64,000 bases of DNA from Candidatus Latescibacterota bacterium (lineage in GTDB: Bacteria; Latescibacterota; UBA2968; GCA-2709665): positions 2,172,918 to 2,236,917 of the forward strand of contig CBDCOX010000002.1 of assembly GCA_965219995.1 (NCBI GenBank), in the 5' to 3' direction. Position numbers and translations under genes: made by a program. Position 1 is the stretch's first letter. Each line of letters begins with the position of its first letter. Under the pieces are notes generated by a model. That model saw only the letters and a program-made list of their open reading frames with translations, ran no database searches and was not told the origin of the DNA. This document shows, in pieces, positions 25,744 through 35,832 of this stretch.

Positions 25744-26892
25744 CTACATCTCGCGAAGCATCTGGTAGAGATTGTGCAGAAAGACCCGGTTGTCGCCGTC
25801 GACATATACCATCTCCCCCCCCATTCGGCTGAAGGACTTACAGAATCTGAGATAGTACGCCGGGTTTTCCTTCGGCGGTTCGCCTCTCGACCAGTCCCAG
25901 GTCAACGGCGACAGATCGTTGACAACGATGAACGGGCGTACAACGCGCCTGTGTTTCTGAATTCGAAGGTTGTTGGCCAGCGAAAGGGCCTTTTCGAAGA
26001 CCTGCGGCGCCATGACGGCCGAGCCAACCGAGACAAACACGCCTCCGTCCAGATCGACGACACCGCGTGCGAACACCCGAAAGTCGACATCCGCGCCTCG
26101 CCCGATGGCCGCTCCGTTGGCGAGGTGGTGGTTGTGGATGATGTCGTAACCGATGCCCGGATGGACGGTAAGCGGCACGCCAGCCCGATAGGCCTGGCCC
26201 GTAACGGATAGGTCCTTGAACGGATGGTTTACCCGGCAGCGCCCATGGGGAATGTCGAAACGCAAAACGGCCTGGATCAGTTCCGCAACCGCCGGCATGA
26301 AGGGCGAATCCGCCGGTTCGTGGGCCCAATGGCGTAGCGCGGAGACCAGGTCGCTTCGATCGGGGATGTCACACCCGTTTTCCCAGATGAATTTTCCGAG
26401 GGATTCCCCGTAGCCCATGCCCTTCAGCGCGCCGGTGAGAACGGCCAGATGAATGTAGCGTCCGGTTTCCTCCCAGGTACCGAAACATCCCTGTGCGACG
26501 TTTGCCCGCACGTCTTCTTCCGATCGGCCATGAAAGGCGTATTCCCAGTCGTGAATCGTGCCGGCGCCGTTGGTGGCCAGATGGGTGATCCAGCCCGCGT
26601 CCATCATGCGGATCAACACCGGCCCCAGGCCGTTCTTGACCAGGTGCGCGCCGTATGCCAGCATCACGGAGGCGCCCCGCCGCCTGGCGCGTTGAATCTC
26701 TTCGGCGACCTGCCGGAGCCTGTCCGCCAGCGACCCGGGGTCCGGAGCGAGCGCGTCGGGGTCGACCATGATCTCGTCGATCGAGTACTTGCTGGCTCTC
26801 TCCGACAGAGGTCTGAGGACGACGTCGCGATGGTCGATCTGCGGGTAGGGCATTTCAACCGGTTTCCCTATCAGCCCGTTGATAAAGTTCAT
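25744..26892 (-). CDS. deoxyhypusine synthase-like family protein
   Basis: HLATNGAGTIHD and HNHHLANGAAIGRGAD resemble DHS motifs VTTAGGVEED and KHHIANANLMRNGAD; start set at MNFINGL to avoid overlap with downstream gene (ORF open to 27000). Confidence 0.5.
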   Translation of the reverse strand: MNFINGLIGKPVEMPYPQIDHRDVVLRPLSERASKYSIDEIMVDPDALAPDPGSLADRLRQVAEEIQRARRRGASVMLAYGAHLVKNGLGPVLIRMMDAGWITHLATNGAGTIHDWEYAFHGRSEEDVRANVAQGCFGTWEETGRYIHLAVLTGALKGMGYGESLGKFIWENGCDIPDRSDLVSALRHWAHEPADSPFMPAVAELIQAVLRFDIPHGRCRVNHPFKDLSVTGQAYRAGVPLTVHPGIGYDIIHNHHLANGAAIGRGADVDFRVFARGVVDLDGGVFVSVGSAVMAPQVFEKALSLANNLRIQKHRRVVRPFIVVNDLSPLTWDWSRGEPPKENPAYYLRFCKSFSRMGGEMVYVDGDNRVFLHNLYQMLREM

Positions 26893-26900
26893 CCGGGCTG

Positions 26901-27326
26901 TTATTCGGCCACCCAGACCCGCTTGAGTGGGACGTCGGGGGATTTCAAGACGCCGCCGTAGATCGTCACGGCGGTGATTTTTCCGTTCTGCATCCGGCAC
27001 ATATGCACTTCGGTAGCATCCAGATGCTTGCCGTACATTGCTTCGGGCAGTCCGGGAAGGGGCTGGTTTACGATACCCCTGAAGAAAAACTCCACGGCGA
27101 CCATGTCGCGGTCTGCAACGACATTGAGAATCTCGAGCCGCATGTCCCGCTCTTCCTCGTGACAGCCCTGCCAGAGCGCCACCAGTTTGTCCGCGCCGCG
27201 GATATCGAGTCCCCCTCCCTGCATGGTCGCGTCATCGTCGTACGTTTCACGAAGGCGCTTCCAGTCACAGGCAAAGGCGGCTTCGAGTGACTCCCGGGCA
27301 ATTTGCGCATTGGATTCGACTGACAT
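26901..27326 (-). CDS. SnoaL/NTF2-like (ketosteroid-isomerase fold) protein
   Basis: 141 aa, ...VAVEFFFRGI...TVYGGV pattern typical of SnoaL-like polyketide cyclase fold. Confidence 0.55.
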   Translation of the reverse strand: MSVESNAQIARESLEAAFACDWKRLRETYDDDATMQGGGLDIRGADKLVALWQGCHEEERDMRLEILNVVADRDMVAVEFFFRGIVNQPLPGLPEAMYGKHLDATEVHMCRMQNGKITAVTIYGGVLKSPDVPLKRVWVAE

Positions 27327-27365
27327 TGGCGTCTCCCTCCGTTATTTCAGATCGTGGTCGTCTCT

Positions 27366-28154
27366 CTATTCCGCGTCGTCGCCGGTTCGGTACTGTTCCA
27401 GGTTTCCCCTGTATTCAAGGCCGAGCACGTCTCGGGACCGTGCGACGTTGCACGTCCTTTCGGCCCCAGGTGTTCCCACGATGTGGAAAATGTCGAAATC
27501 GACGGTCTCGGATTCCAGGCTGAGGCGGCAGGCTTCCGCGAGGTCGTGCCGGCAGACCCAGCCCTGTCGGTAAGGACGCTCTTCCGTACCCAGTTTTTCC
27601 CTGTACCGGCCGATGCCGAGTCTGCTGTCGACAATGTAGTCCGGCCGGAGTACGATGATGCGGAGACCGAATGCGTCGTGGAATTGCCGGCACATTTCTT
27701 CCTGAAGGCGTTTCGTGACGCCGTAAAGGCCGCCGTCGGGCCGCCTGACGTCGGCCGTGAAGAAGACCCCTTTCGGATGGGCGGTCTGACACGATCCGAT
27801 ATGCACGATCCGCCCGATGCCGTGCCGGCGGGCGGACTCAAGCACGTTCCAAAGGCCCTTTATATTAATGAGGAAGGGCTTCCGGTCGTCGACGCCGTGA
27901 GAACCCGGCTCGTCCGAATGGTACACGGCCATGTGCAGTACCGCGTCCATGCCCTCGACGGCACTGTGGACGGCTTCGAAATTCACGATATCTCCGTGAA
28001 GGACCTCACCGCCCGTCCATTCACCGTCGGTATTCTGCCAGGCGCGCCACGCCTCCTGGCCGTAGTCGAACGCCCGTACCCGATGGTTCCCATCCAGAGC
28101 GGCCAACGCCGCCCGCCCGAGCCAACCGGCCGCGCCGAATACCACAATGTTCAT
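27366..28154 (-). CDS. NAD(P)-dependent epimerase/dehydratase family oxidoreductase (atypical SDR)
   Basis: MNIVVFGAAGWLGRAAL Rossmann motif right after AAGGAG RBS (ATG 28154); long upstream ORF extension to 28475 is non-homologous. Confidence 0.7.
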   Translation of the reverse strand: MNIVVFGAAGWLGRAALAALDGNHRVRAFDYGQEAWRAWQNTDGEWTGGEVLHGDIVNFEAVHSAVEGMDAVLHMAVYHSDEPGSHGVDDRKPFLINIKGLWNVLESARRHGIGRIVHIGSCQTAHPKGVFFTADVRRPDGGLYGVTKRLQEEMCRQFHDAFGLRIIVLRPDYIVDSRLGIGRYREKLGTEERPYRQGWVCRHDLAEACRLSLESETVDFDIFHIVGTPGAERTCNVARSRDVLGLEYRGNLEQYRTGDDAE

Positions 28155-28183
28155 CTTCCGGTCTCCTTCCGTGAAAACGCGTG

Positions 28184-29590
28184 TCAGGACCTTTCCCGTG
28201 CCAGTCCATACTTCCGGTAGAAGTGGCGGAACTGGTCGTAGCTCAGACTGAGCGATTCGGCCGCCCTGCGCTGGTTCCAGTTGGAATTGGACAACGCGCT
28301 CCTGAGCAACCCGAGCTCGAAAGCCTTGACCTGGGCGTCGAACCCGTCTCCCGGCGGCGCCGGATCTCCGCTGGTGATCTCCGCAGGCAAATCCGGGGGT
28401 TCGATGGACGTGCCCGTGGCCATGCACGCCGCGCGTTCCACTGCAAACTTGAGCTCGCGCACGTTCCCGGGCCATGGGTAGCCCTGCAGGTGTCGGAGGG
28501 CGCCGTCGGAGAACGGACGCATGGTGAGTCCCGGCACCTCCCGGACGATCTGCTCAACGAAGAACCCGGCAAGCGGCTGGATGTCTTCCCGCCGTTCGCG
28601 AAGCGGGGGAATGCGGATCACTTCGAAGCGGAGGCGGTCGTAAAGATCCTGACGAAAGCGGCTTTCGGCAATCTCACGTTCGAGATCGGCATTCGTGGCG
28701 GCAATGATCCGGACGTCCACGCTGGTGGACACGGCCCCGCCCACCCGTTGAATTTCCTGGTATTCGATGGCGCGAAGGACATTCTGCTGGAATTCGGGTG
28801 TGGTGTTGCCAATCTCGTCCAACAGCAGCGTACCGCCGTTGGCCGCTTCAAACCGCCCGGGACGGGCTTCAGTCGCTCCGGTGAACGCGCCTTTTTCGTG
28901 CCCGAAGAGTTCGCTTTCCAGCAGGTTGGCCGAAAGGGCCGCGCAGTTGACTTTAACGAACGGTCGATCGCTGCGTACTCCACCATAGTGGATTGCCGCC
29001 GCCACGAGTTCCTTGCCGGTGCCGGGTTCGCCGAGCACCAGAACCGGCCGGGGGATGGAAGCAATGCGCTGGGCCTGTTGCATGATCCTCAGCATCTGGG
29101 GACTGGCATTGACCGTCCTGTACTTCTTTCCGAATTCGTCCCGGTAGAATCGATTCTCGCGGTCCAGATCCTTCACACGGGCGTGAAGCCGCGCATTCTC
29201 TCTGAGGACGGCGAGTACCCGGTCGAGTTTCTCCAGGCTGAGTTCAAGCCGGTCCTCAATATAGAAATCCTTTTCGATAAAGTCCGATGCGCCCATGCGC
29301 AGGGCGGCTACGGCGTTCTCCACGGTACCCTTGCCAGTGAGAATGATCACCGGCATATCCGGCACGAAGTCGCGAATCTTCCGAAGGATATCCAGACCGT
29401 CCGCCTCGGCCGGTCCGAAGTCGATATCCAAAATGGCCATATCGACGTCCGAAACGTGCGCCTTCAGGTACGCGAATGCCTGACTTCCCGTTGGAAAGGC
29501 CCGCACGATCCTGCCATCCACCTGAAGGCTTCGCGTGAGCATGGCCAGTATTTCGGGCTGGTCATCGGCGACGACGATTTGCGCTTTCAT
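28184..29590 (-). CDS. sigma54-dependent response regulator (NtrC family enhancer-binding protein)
   Basis: Receiver domain (VADDQPEIL...D), AAA+ sigma54-interaction domain (GEPGTGKE..., GAFTGA), C-terminal Fis-type HTH. Confidence 0.9.
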   Translation of the reverse strand: MKAQIVVADDQPEILAMLTRSLQVDGRIVRAFPTGSQAFAYLKAHVSDVDMAILDIDFGPAEADGLDILRKIRDFVPDMPVIILTGKGTVENAVAALRMGASDFIEKDFYIEDRLELSLEKLDRVLAVLRENARLHARVKDLDRENRFYRDEFGKKYRTVNASPQMLRIMQQAQRIASIPRPVLVLGEPGTGKELVAAAIHYGGVRSDRPFVKVNCAALSANLLESELFGHEKGAFTGATEARPGRFEAANGGTLLLDEIGNTTPEFQQNVLRAIEYQEIQRVGGAVSTSVDVRIIAATNADLEREIAESRFRQDLYDRLRFEVIRIPPLRERREDIQPLAGFFVEQIVREVPGLTMRPFSDGALRHLQGYPWPGNVRELKFAVERAACMATGTSIEPPDLPAEITSGDPAPPGDGFDAQVKAFELGLLRSALSNSNWNQRRAAESLSLSYDQFRHFYRKYGLARERS

Positions 29591-29593
29591 GGT

Positions 29594-31288
29594 CTACTCG
29601 ATAAATTCCTCGGCCAGGGGCAGCCGCGAGGCGGACAACGGATCGCCGCTCCAGCCGATGCTGTCGGTTCCGGCGACCAGTTCGAAGTCCACCGGGAGAT
29701 CGATGCGGAATACGGCGCCCGCGCCCGGACGGCTGATCATCCGCAGGGTACCCCGGTGGGCGGAGACGATGCGCGAACAGATGCTCAGCCCGAATCCATT
29801 GCCTTTTTCCTTGGTGGAAAACCCGGGGTCGAAGATCCTGGACTGGATCTCTTCGGATATGCCCGGTCCGTTGTCTTCCACCTCGATGAATACCGACCCG
29901 CGCCTGTTGTCGTAACCGGCCTGTACCGTGACGGCGCCACGCTCATCAACGGCGTCCAGCGCGTTGAGAATCAGGTTCGTGACGGCTTCACGCAGCATGC
30001 CGGGATCGACCTTGACCTGCGGGACGTGCGGTTCGGATGCGAAGCGGAGAGCCGCGCCTCCGGTGCGGGTCGCGACGGCTTGCCTGATTTTGCCCACGAG
30101 TTGCGGAATATCCACGAGTGACGGATTCAGCGGATCCTGCTTCATGCTGCGCAGATAGGCCACCCACTGGTCGAAGATGTGTTCCTGGTCGCGAGCGATG
30201 TCTCGCAGGTCGTCGAGTACGGCGTCGTGCTTCGAAACGCTCCGAATAAGCCGGCGTGTGCGGCTCCCCACCAGACCCATCAGATTCTTGATCTGGTGCC
30301 CCCGGGTGTACAGGCTTTCTCCCACCTGTACGCGTCCCATGTCGATGAGTTCAAGAGACAGGCGCGCCAGCACCGAGGCTGCCTGCGTACCGAATTCTTC
30401 GATGATGGCGGTATACTCCTGTTCCATCTGGGCCGAACTCTTGTGACCGAAGAGAAGATGCGCCAGGTTTCTGTAGGGTAGCGCATAGTCCGGCTCGAGC
30501 TGGATGGCAATCTTGAACGCGCCCAGGGCCTGGAGGGTCTGACCTGTTTGCATGAGCAAAACACCGAGGTTATTGTGACCCGGGGCGAACAGCGGATTTG
30601 CTTCCAGCCCGCGACGGTAAACTGTGATGGCCTCGTCCATGTTTTCCGGAAGGTCGTCGAGAAAGCTGGCCAACAGGAAACAGGCGCCGTCCACGTTGTC
30701 GAAGGGCACGCCACGGTCCACGGCCTCGAGAATAGACCGAAGCGCTTCAACCGCCTGCTGCCGGCCACTCGATCCCGAGGTCGCGCTCTCGGCCCGCAAG
30801 AGCGCCAACTGCAACTGCGCCTCCAGATGGTCCGGATTCGTTGCGATTGCAGACTCAAAGGCCTGCGCCGCTCCTTCAACGCCTCCTTTCAACCGGCAGA
30901 GACCGATCTTGTAATGCAGGTCCGCCCCAATCTCCGGCGCAAGTTCCAGGCAACGCGTGAAACATGCCAGCGCGTCCTGCCAGTTGCCTTTTCTGAAATG
31001 GACCGCGCCCAGGTTGTGGCGCGCCCGTACGTTCCCTTCATCGGCCGCCAGGGCGGCCAGGTAGGCGGCCCGGGCTTTCGACAGGTCGCCCGCTTCCATC
31101 GCGTTGTCGCCGTCACGACCGCGCCGCCTGGCTTCGTCGTTCGCCGATTCCGGCAGGGTCTGTGCGATGCCGATACGGTCGGCAGCCGCGGGTCGGCTGT
31201 CGGATTTTTCGGGTCGGTTCAAATCGTTGCTCCACGATGAAACGCTAAGAAGCTGTTTCCGATGCGCCCGCGTCGTCGCCGTTTGCAT
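29594..31288 (-). CDS. cytoplasmic TPR-repeat sensor histidine kinase
   Basis: N-terminal TPR repeats; HisKA H-box and HATPase_c (NLILNALDA...GxGLGL); no TM segment; alternative start ATG 31099 (MEAGDLSKARAAYL) would remove the 44-nt overlap with the flotillin gene. Confidence 0.8.
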   Translation of the reverse strand: MQTATTRAHRKQLLSVSSWSNDLNRPEKSDSRPAAADRIGIAQTLPESANDEARRRGRDGDNAMEAGDLSKARAAYLAALAADEGNVRARHNLGAVHFRKGNWQDALACFTRCLELAPEIGADLHYKIGLCRLKGGVEGAAQAFESAIATNPDHLEAQLQLALLRAESATSGSSGRQQAVEALRSILEAVDRGVPFDNVDGACFLLASFLDDLPENMDEAITVYRRGLEANPLFAPGHNNLGVLLMQTGQTLQALGAFKIAIQLEPDYALPYRNLAHLLFGHKSSAQMEQEYTAIIEEFGTQAASVLARLSLELIDMGRVQVGESLYTRGHQIKNLMGLVGSRTRRLIRSVSKHDAVLDDLRDIARDQEHIFDQWVAYLRSMKQDPLNPSLVDIPQLVGKIRQAVATRTGGAALRFASEPHVPQVKVDPGMLREAVTNLILNALDAVDERGAVTVQAGYDNRRGSVFIEVEDNGPGISEEIQSRIFDPGFSTKEKGNGFGLSICSRIVSAHRGTLRMISRPGAGAVFRIDLPVDFELVAGTDSIGWSGDPLSASRLPLAEEFIE

Positions 31289-32756
31289 TTGCGTCGCCGG
31301 TGGCTTTGCCCAGAAACTCGGGCAACTCCAGGCCCGCCAGTTTGGCCAGTTCGTGCATTGGCGGGATGGCGCCCATCAGGCGCTGCCCGAGATTGGACAT
31401 GCCGCCCTGTCCGCCGCCGCCGTCCCAGACCATGATTTTCTCCAGGGGGAGATTCTGAATGGCTTCCGCCTGAATGCCTGCGACCTCGGTCAGACGCTCG
31501 ACGATGAGGAAGGCCGCCGCAGCCTGGTCCTTTCCTCCGCACGCGGCCACCAACTCCTTGTAACCCTCCGCCTTGGCATCCAGAATGGCCTGGGTACCCT
31601 CGGCTTCGGCTCGCTTTTGGGCGAGAATTGCGGCGGCCTCCCCCTGCGCCACCAGCGTCCTCTGCACCTTCTCTGCCTCCGCCTGTACAACCAGCTTCTG
31701 TTTTTCCGCGTCGGCCTGTACCACAATTTCGGCTCTCAACCGGGCTTCTTCCCGGAGCGCCCGGGCTTCCTCGGCCTCTTTTTCGGCCCTTTCCTGCGCC
31801 ACCCGGATCGCGCCGTCCGCCGCCTTCGCGGCCTCCTGCCCCTGTTGCCGTGCAACCTCCTCGGCCACTTTCTGCCGGGCCATATAACCGGCTTTCTTGG
31901 AATCGGCATCGGCCTCCGCCTGTACCGCTTCCGCATCCAGAGAAGAAACCATCTGGCGTTTGTTTCTGGTGGCTTCGGCCTCGCCGATCTGGGCTTCAGA
32001 TTCCAGGGCGGCCACCCGCTGGCGGCGATCCCTGGCCGCTTCGGCCTCGCCGATTTCGGCGGCCGCGTTCGCGGCCGCCACGTCGGTGCGCTGGTCCCGT
32101 TCCCGCTCGGCTACACCCACCTTGCCCATCTTCTCCTGCTCGGCCACGTCGATTGCCGCCTGGTTGATGGCTTCGGCTGCGGCCTTTTGCCCGAGAGCCT
32201 TGATATAACCGCTTTCGTCTTCTATGTCCTTGATGTTCACGTTAATCACGGCCAGGCCGATTTTTTCCATTTCGGTAGAGACCGCTTCATTGACCTTGGA
32301 CATGAATGCCTGCCGATCCTGGTTGATTTCTTCAATTTCCATCGTGGCGATCACCGCCCGCATCTGGCCGAGGATGATGTCCTGCGCCTGACTCTGGATC
32401 TGGTCGCGAGAGAGTCCCAGGAGACGAATCGACGCGTTCTGCATCACGCCCATCTGGTTTGATACGGCCGCTGTGACGGTTGTGGGAACAGACACCCGGA
32501 TGTTCTCCTGCGACAGGGCGTTGTCCAGATCGATGGGAACAACGAATGGCTCAAGATCCAGATACTCATAGTCCTGCAGGAGAGGCAGCACGAAGGCCGC
32601 GCCCCCGTGAACGCATTTTGCCGCCCCTTTTCCTGTTTTTCCGTAGACGACCAGAATCTTGTTGGACGGGCACCGCTTGTACCTCGAAATAAACGTCACG
32701 AAGAGCAGGAACACCACCAGCAGCAATATAATTGTCAATACGGTCTCGGTTGACAT
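31245..32756 (-). CDS. flotillin / SPFH (band-7) family protein (YqiK/FloT-like)
   Basis: N-terminal TM helix, SPFH domain, long Ala/Glu-rich coiled-coil (AEAAARDRRQRVAALESEAQIGEAEA...) typical flotillin. Confidence 0.85.
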   Translation of the reverse strand: MSTETVLTIILLLVVFLLFVTFISRYKRCPSNKILVVYGKTGKGAAKCVHGGAAFVLPLLQDYEYLDLEPFVVPIDLDNALSQENIRVSVPTTVTAAVSNQMGVMQNASIRLLGLSRDQIQSQAQDIILGQMRAVIATMEIEEINQDRQAFMSKVNEAVSTEMEKIGLAVINVNIKDIEDESGYIKALGQKAAAEAINQAAIDVAEQEKMGKVGVAERERDQRTDVAAANAAAEIGEAEAARDRRQRVAALESEAQIGEAEATRNKRQMVSSLDAEAVQAEADADSKKAGYMARQKVAEEVARQQGQEAAKAADGAIRVAQERAEKEAEEARALREEARLRAEIVVQADAEKQKLVVQAEAEKVQRTLVAQGEAAAILAQKRAEAEGTQAILDAKAEGYKELVAACGGKDQAAAAFLIVERLTEVAGIQAEAIQNLPLEKIMVWDGGGGQGGMSNLGQRLMGAIPPMHELAKLAGLELPEFLGKATGDANANGDDAGASETAS

Positions 32757-33052
32757 GACAATCCCTCCTCGAATGAATCTGTCACCAATGTTGAAGCTTG
32801 ATTCGTCATTATTCGGGGTCGTTAATTCGAAGTTGTGCAGAATAATAAAAGCGATTGAACTGCTGATTTCCAGGAACCTTCAGGTCACCGGACGCGAACG
32901 GAAAAAATGTCCTTCCGGACGACCCTTTCGGCCCGTTTCGAAAGTTTTCTCCACAGTGTCTGCTTGCTGGATTCTTCGATGCAAGGCAAATCGACGCAAG
33001 AGGCACAAGAACAGCGAAAAGGTTGAGTACCGTCGTCTCAGCCAAATTGCAG

Positions 33053-33658
33053 TCAGGACAACAGCGGCTCGACCTCCAGCGTTGTCGTATCCACCACGCG
33101 AAGAACCCTGACCGGTGTCTTTGCGGAGATGGACATCCCGTTTTTGCCGCGGGCCGATACGTAGGCGACCGCCCCGCTCTCCATCACCCGGACCTGTCCG
33201 TTCCCGCATTGGGGGATGTCCAGATATACCTCACCAGAGGTTCCCACGCACGTATCCAGATTGGCGTTTCCAGTCTCGGTGAGCTTCCGGACATTGTGGA
33301 AGAAATAGGCAACGACCCCCATGCCTGCACTGCCCCAGACAAACGCGTAAAACACTGCCGTCCGAACGTCCAGACCTCTCTCCAGATACAGAGCTCCCGC
33401 CCATCCGAACAACATGCCAAAGGCGATCAGAGACCTGATAGACAGCAGTTTGAATGCCGCCACCGTGCCGTCTCCCGGTCCGTCGTTCAATTCGGGACCC
33501 GCGTCGCCAAGTTCCGCGTCGCCATCAATGCCGGCGTCGGACCCGCCCAGGCCAAAAAGGGCTGCCAGGAGTTGCCAGACAAAAAACGCGCTGAAAAACG
33601 CCGCCAACACGTAGAACGCCTGGTTGAGGACGCTCAGATCTGTCCACCATCCATCCAT
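33053..33658 (-). CDS. NfeD/YqiJ-family membrane protein (flotillin partner)
   Basis: Multi-TM N-terminus and C-terminal OB-fold-like soluble domain; upstream of the flotillin gene as in the E. coli yqiJK pair. Confidence 0.65.
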   Translation of the reverse strand: MDGWWTDLSVLNQAFYVLAAFFSAFFVWQLLAALFGLGGSDAGIDGDAELGDAGPELNDGPGDGTVAAFKLLSIRSLIAFGMLFGWAGALYLERGLDVRTAVFYAFVWGSAGMGVVAYFFHNVRKLTETGNANLDTCVGTSGEVYLDIPQCGNGQVRVMESGAVAYVSARGKNGMSISAKTPVRVLRVVDTTTLEVEPLLS

Positions 33659-33876
33659 GTCCGGCTCCTTTCCCGGGATCGTCCTCGTGTTGCACGCGGC
33701 CGGATCATCTGAAACGCCGCCGTGCTGCGAAATGTGACATAGAATGTACTTCGCGTCAATACAAATTCGCGACGGTTTTCGCCGGAGTTCTGACCTTCAT
33801 TGCGGTCGAAGCCCAGGGTGCCCCCCGCCAAATCCGTTCCTCGAACTTGTGCGCCGGGACTCCGGGGTCCACGTGT

Positions 33877-34452
33877 TCACGAGGGAACCAGCCCCCGCTT
33901 TCTGAATTCACCCTTCAATTGAAATCTTCCTCGGTTGAGCCAGGTCTTGACCGTGCCCATCGGAATCTGCAACTCCCTGGTAATTTCCTCGTAGGACCGG
34001 TCTCTCACGTAGCGCATCCAGAGTACTTCCCGATACCTGGACGGCAATGACCGAATGCTCTTCCTGACCAGGTCCCGGTGCTCGTTTCGCTGGACGGACA
34101 GTTCAGGGTTCTCGCCTGGTGCAGGCCTGCGTGTGGCGTCGGCAAGAGCAGCCGGATCCTCCGTTGTCTGAATCCATTTTCGCCGTACCTGCTGTTTGCG
34201 AAAATGGGACTTGTGTACGTTGAGCGCGATCTGGGTGAGCCACGTGGCAAAGGCTGCCTCCCCGCGGTACGAGCCGAGGGCCAGAAATGCCCGCAGAAAG
34301 GCAGTCTGCATCAGGTCCTGCGCGGTATCGGGATCGCTCGTTCTGCGAACCATCGTGGCGTAGACCTGTTCGTGGCAGGCTTTGTAAAGGTCTCCGAAGG
34401 CAGCCGCGTCTCCCGCGACTGCTTTCCGGATCAGATACCGTTCGTTTTCCAT
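33877..34452 (-). CDS. ECF-type RNA polymerase sigma-70 factor
   Basis: Region 2 (FGDLYKACHEQVYATMVRR...DLMQTAFLRAF) and region 4 HTH (SYEEITRELQIPMGTVKTWLNRGR). Confidence 0.85.
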   Translation of the reverse strand: MENERYLIRKAVAGDAAAFGDLYKACHEQVYATMVRRTSDPDTAQDLMQTAFLRAFLALGSYRGEAAFATWLTQIALNVHKSHFRKQQVRRKWIQTTEDPAALADATRRPAPGENPELSVQRNEHRDLVRKSIRSLPSRYREVLWMRYVRDRSYEEITRELQIPMGTVKTWLNRGRFQLKGEFRKRGLVPS

Positions 34453-34483
34453 TAGCGGGATATCCTTTCGAAAGGACGGTCGA

Positions 34484-34659
34484 TTACCTGGAGTCGCTGG
34501 TAAGCAGCCGGTAACCCACGTAAATCAGGACAATCGAAACTGACAATTTAAGGAGCAGGAAAAGGATTTCCAGAGACACGCCGATCAGCTTGATCGCTTC
34601 GAAGATGCCGAGGTACGCGCCGATGCCGATCAGGATGATGCCGAGAATCTTCGCGAACA
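34484..34659 (-). CDS. small hydrophobic membrane protein (58 aa), not in supplied ORF track
   Basis: Hand-translated MFAKILGIILIGIGAYLGIFEAIKLIGVSLEILFLLLKLSVSIVLIYVGYRLLTSDSR; AAGGAAA RBS 6 nt upstream of ATG 34659; sits between PspB-like genes and the ECF sigma gene. Confidence 0.4.
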
Positions 34660-34780
34660 TGGGATTTCCTTTCTTGTACCGATTTATTGCAGTTAGCGAA
34701 AATCCAGCCAGGGAATCGGGACAAACCGCGAGACCCTTTCAGCCGGGGTTTGCACAAGCGTAAAACCGTCTTAAGGCCAA

Positions 34781-35158
34781 TCAGCCACCTGGATTCTTGG
34801 CTTCCGATCGGCTCAGTTTGTCGTCCATCGAAATGAGTACGTCCTGAACGTCAGTGACCCTCCGCTCCAGATCGTTCAGGCGGGCATTGAACGCTTCCGT
34901 CTGCTGCGCGCCGATTCCGCGGGACTGGCCCCCGGCACGGCGTTTCAGGAAGATCACGACGCTGCCGAGGGTGAAAACTGACACGGCACCGATTACGGAG
35001 ATCGCCAGAATTCCAAGCGCGATATCCATGGCGAATCTCCCGAAGCCGAAATGGCGCGTCGGTGCCAGAGGGTCGCCGAAGAGAAACTTCAGCGTTGCCA
35101 TGCCCAGGAGAAACAGAACAAAGATGATGGCGGCCTTCGTCGCGAATTCTCGTGTCAT
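34781..35158 (-). CDS. PspB-like membrane protein, paralog 1 (2 TM + C-terminal conserved helix)
   Basis: C-terminal FNARLNDLERRVTDVQDVLISMDDKL motif shared with two neighbouring paralogs and pattern-similar to PspB/PspC leucine-zipper helix; AAAGGAG RBS 8 nt before ATG 35158. Confidence 0.65.
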   Translation of the reverse strand: MTREFATKAAIIFVLFLLGMATLKFLFGDPLAPTRHFGFGRFAMDIALGILAISVIGAVSVFTLGSVVIFLKRRAGGQSRGIGAQQTEAFNARLNDLERRVTDVQDVLISMDDKLSRSEAKNPGG

Positions 35159-35189
35159 CAGGATCACTCCTTTCTATCGCAGCCCAAAC

Positions 35190-35765
35190 CTATACTTTCG
35201 TTCGGTCCCTTCTAAGCCCCTCGTCCAGGCTGATGATGACCTCCTGGAGATCGTTCAAGCGCTGGTCAACGGTATCCAGCCGCTCTTCCATTCGTCTCGC
35301 CCGGTCCGGACTCATCCCCTTGCCCTCCCGCTTTTTCCTGAGGTGTATATAGCTCACCAGACCCCCGGCGAAGATGATCAGGCAGATTCCGATGCCGATT
35401 TCCATTGCGATACCAAGACCGGTTCCGGATCGAACCAACTCGAGACGGTCCGCGACGCCTTCAAGTTTCCTGGCGGCCGATTCTAATCGCCGCTGGTTGT
35501 CCAGGAGTAGACTCACGCCTTCGTCCGACAGACCACTTGCACTACCGACCTCGGTCGGTCCCGGTATATAATCAGCATCCGGCAGCACGTTCCATCGGTC
35601 AGACGTGAAGGCCCAGATTGCGAACCCGACGGCCGCCACCGCCAGGAAGATCCCAACCGTTGATCCGCTCGGCTTCTTGTTACCGGGGGTCATCAGGTAG
35701 ACTGAATACCCGCCCGCAACCATCAGCAGGCAAAGGGCTAACGCCAGTTCCAGTATCCAGCTCAT
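35190..35765 (-). CDS. PspB-like membrane protein, paralog 2
   Basis: N- and mid-protein TM segments, C-terminal MEERLDTVDQRLNDLQEVIISLDEGL motif; GAGGAGGGA RBS. Confidence 0.65.
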   Translation of the reverse strand: MSWILELALALCLLMVAGGYSVYLMTPGNKKPSGSTVGIFLAVAAVGFAIWAFTSDRWNVLPDADYIPGPTEVGSASGLSDEGVSLLLDNQRRLESAARKLEGVADRLELVRSGTGLGIAMEIGIGICLIIFAGGLVSYIHLRKKREGKGMSPDRARRMEERLDTVDQRLNDLQEVIISLDEGLRRDRTKV

Positions 35766-35832
35766 CGTGTTCCCTCCTCTTGTTTCCCGGACTTATGCAA
35801 ATCAAGCGGATAAATTCATACCTGTCAGAGAT

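Noticed and set aside
27354-28220. 288-aa plus-strand ORF
   Set aside because: It is antisense to the NAD-dependent epimerase gene and has no motifs.
28181-30121. 646-aa plus-strand ORF
   Set aside because: It is antisense to the sigma54 response regulator and histidine kinase genes, whose domains are unambiguous.
31104-32462. 452-aa plus-strand ORF
   Set aside because: It is antisense to the flotillin gene and has low-complexity Gly/Leu/Arg-rich translation.
34548-34757. 69-aa minus-strand ORF in the ORF track
   Set aside because: Its Arg/His-rich translation has no RBS. The same interval in another frame encodes a well-formed 58-aa hydrophobic peptide (34484..34659) with a strong RBS.
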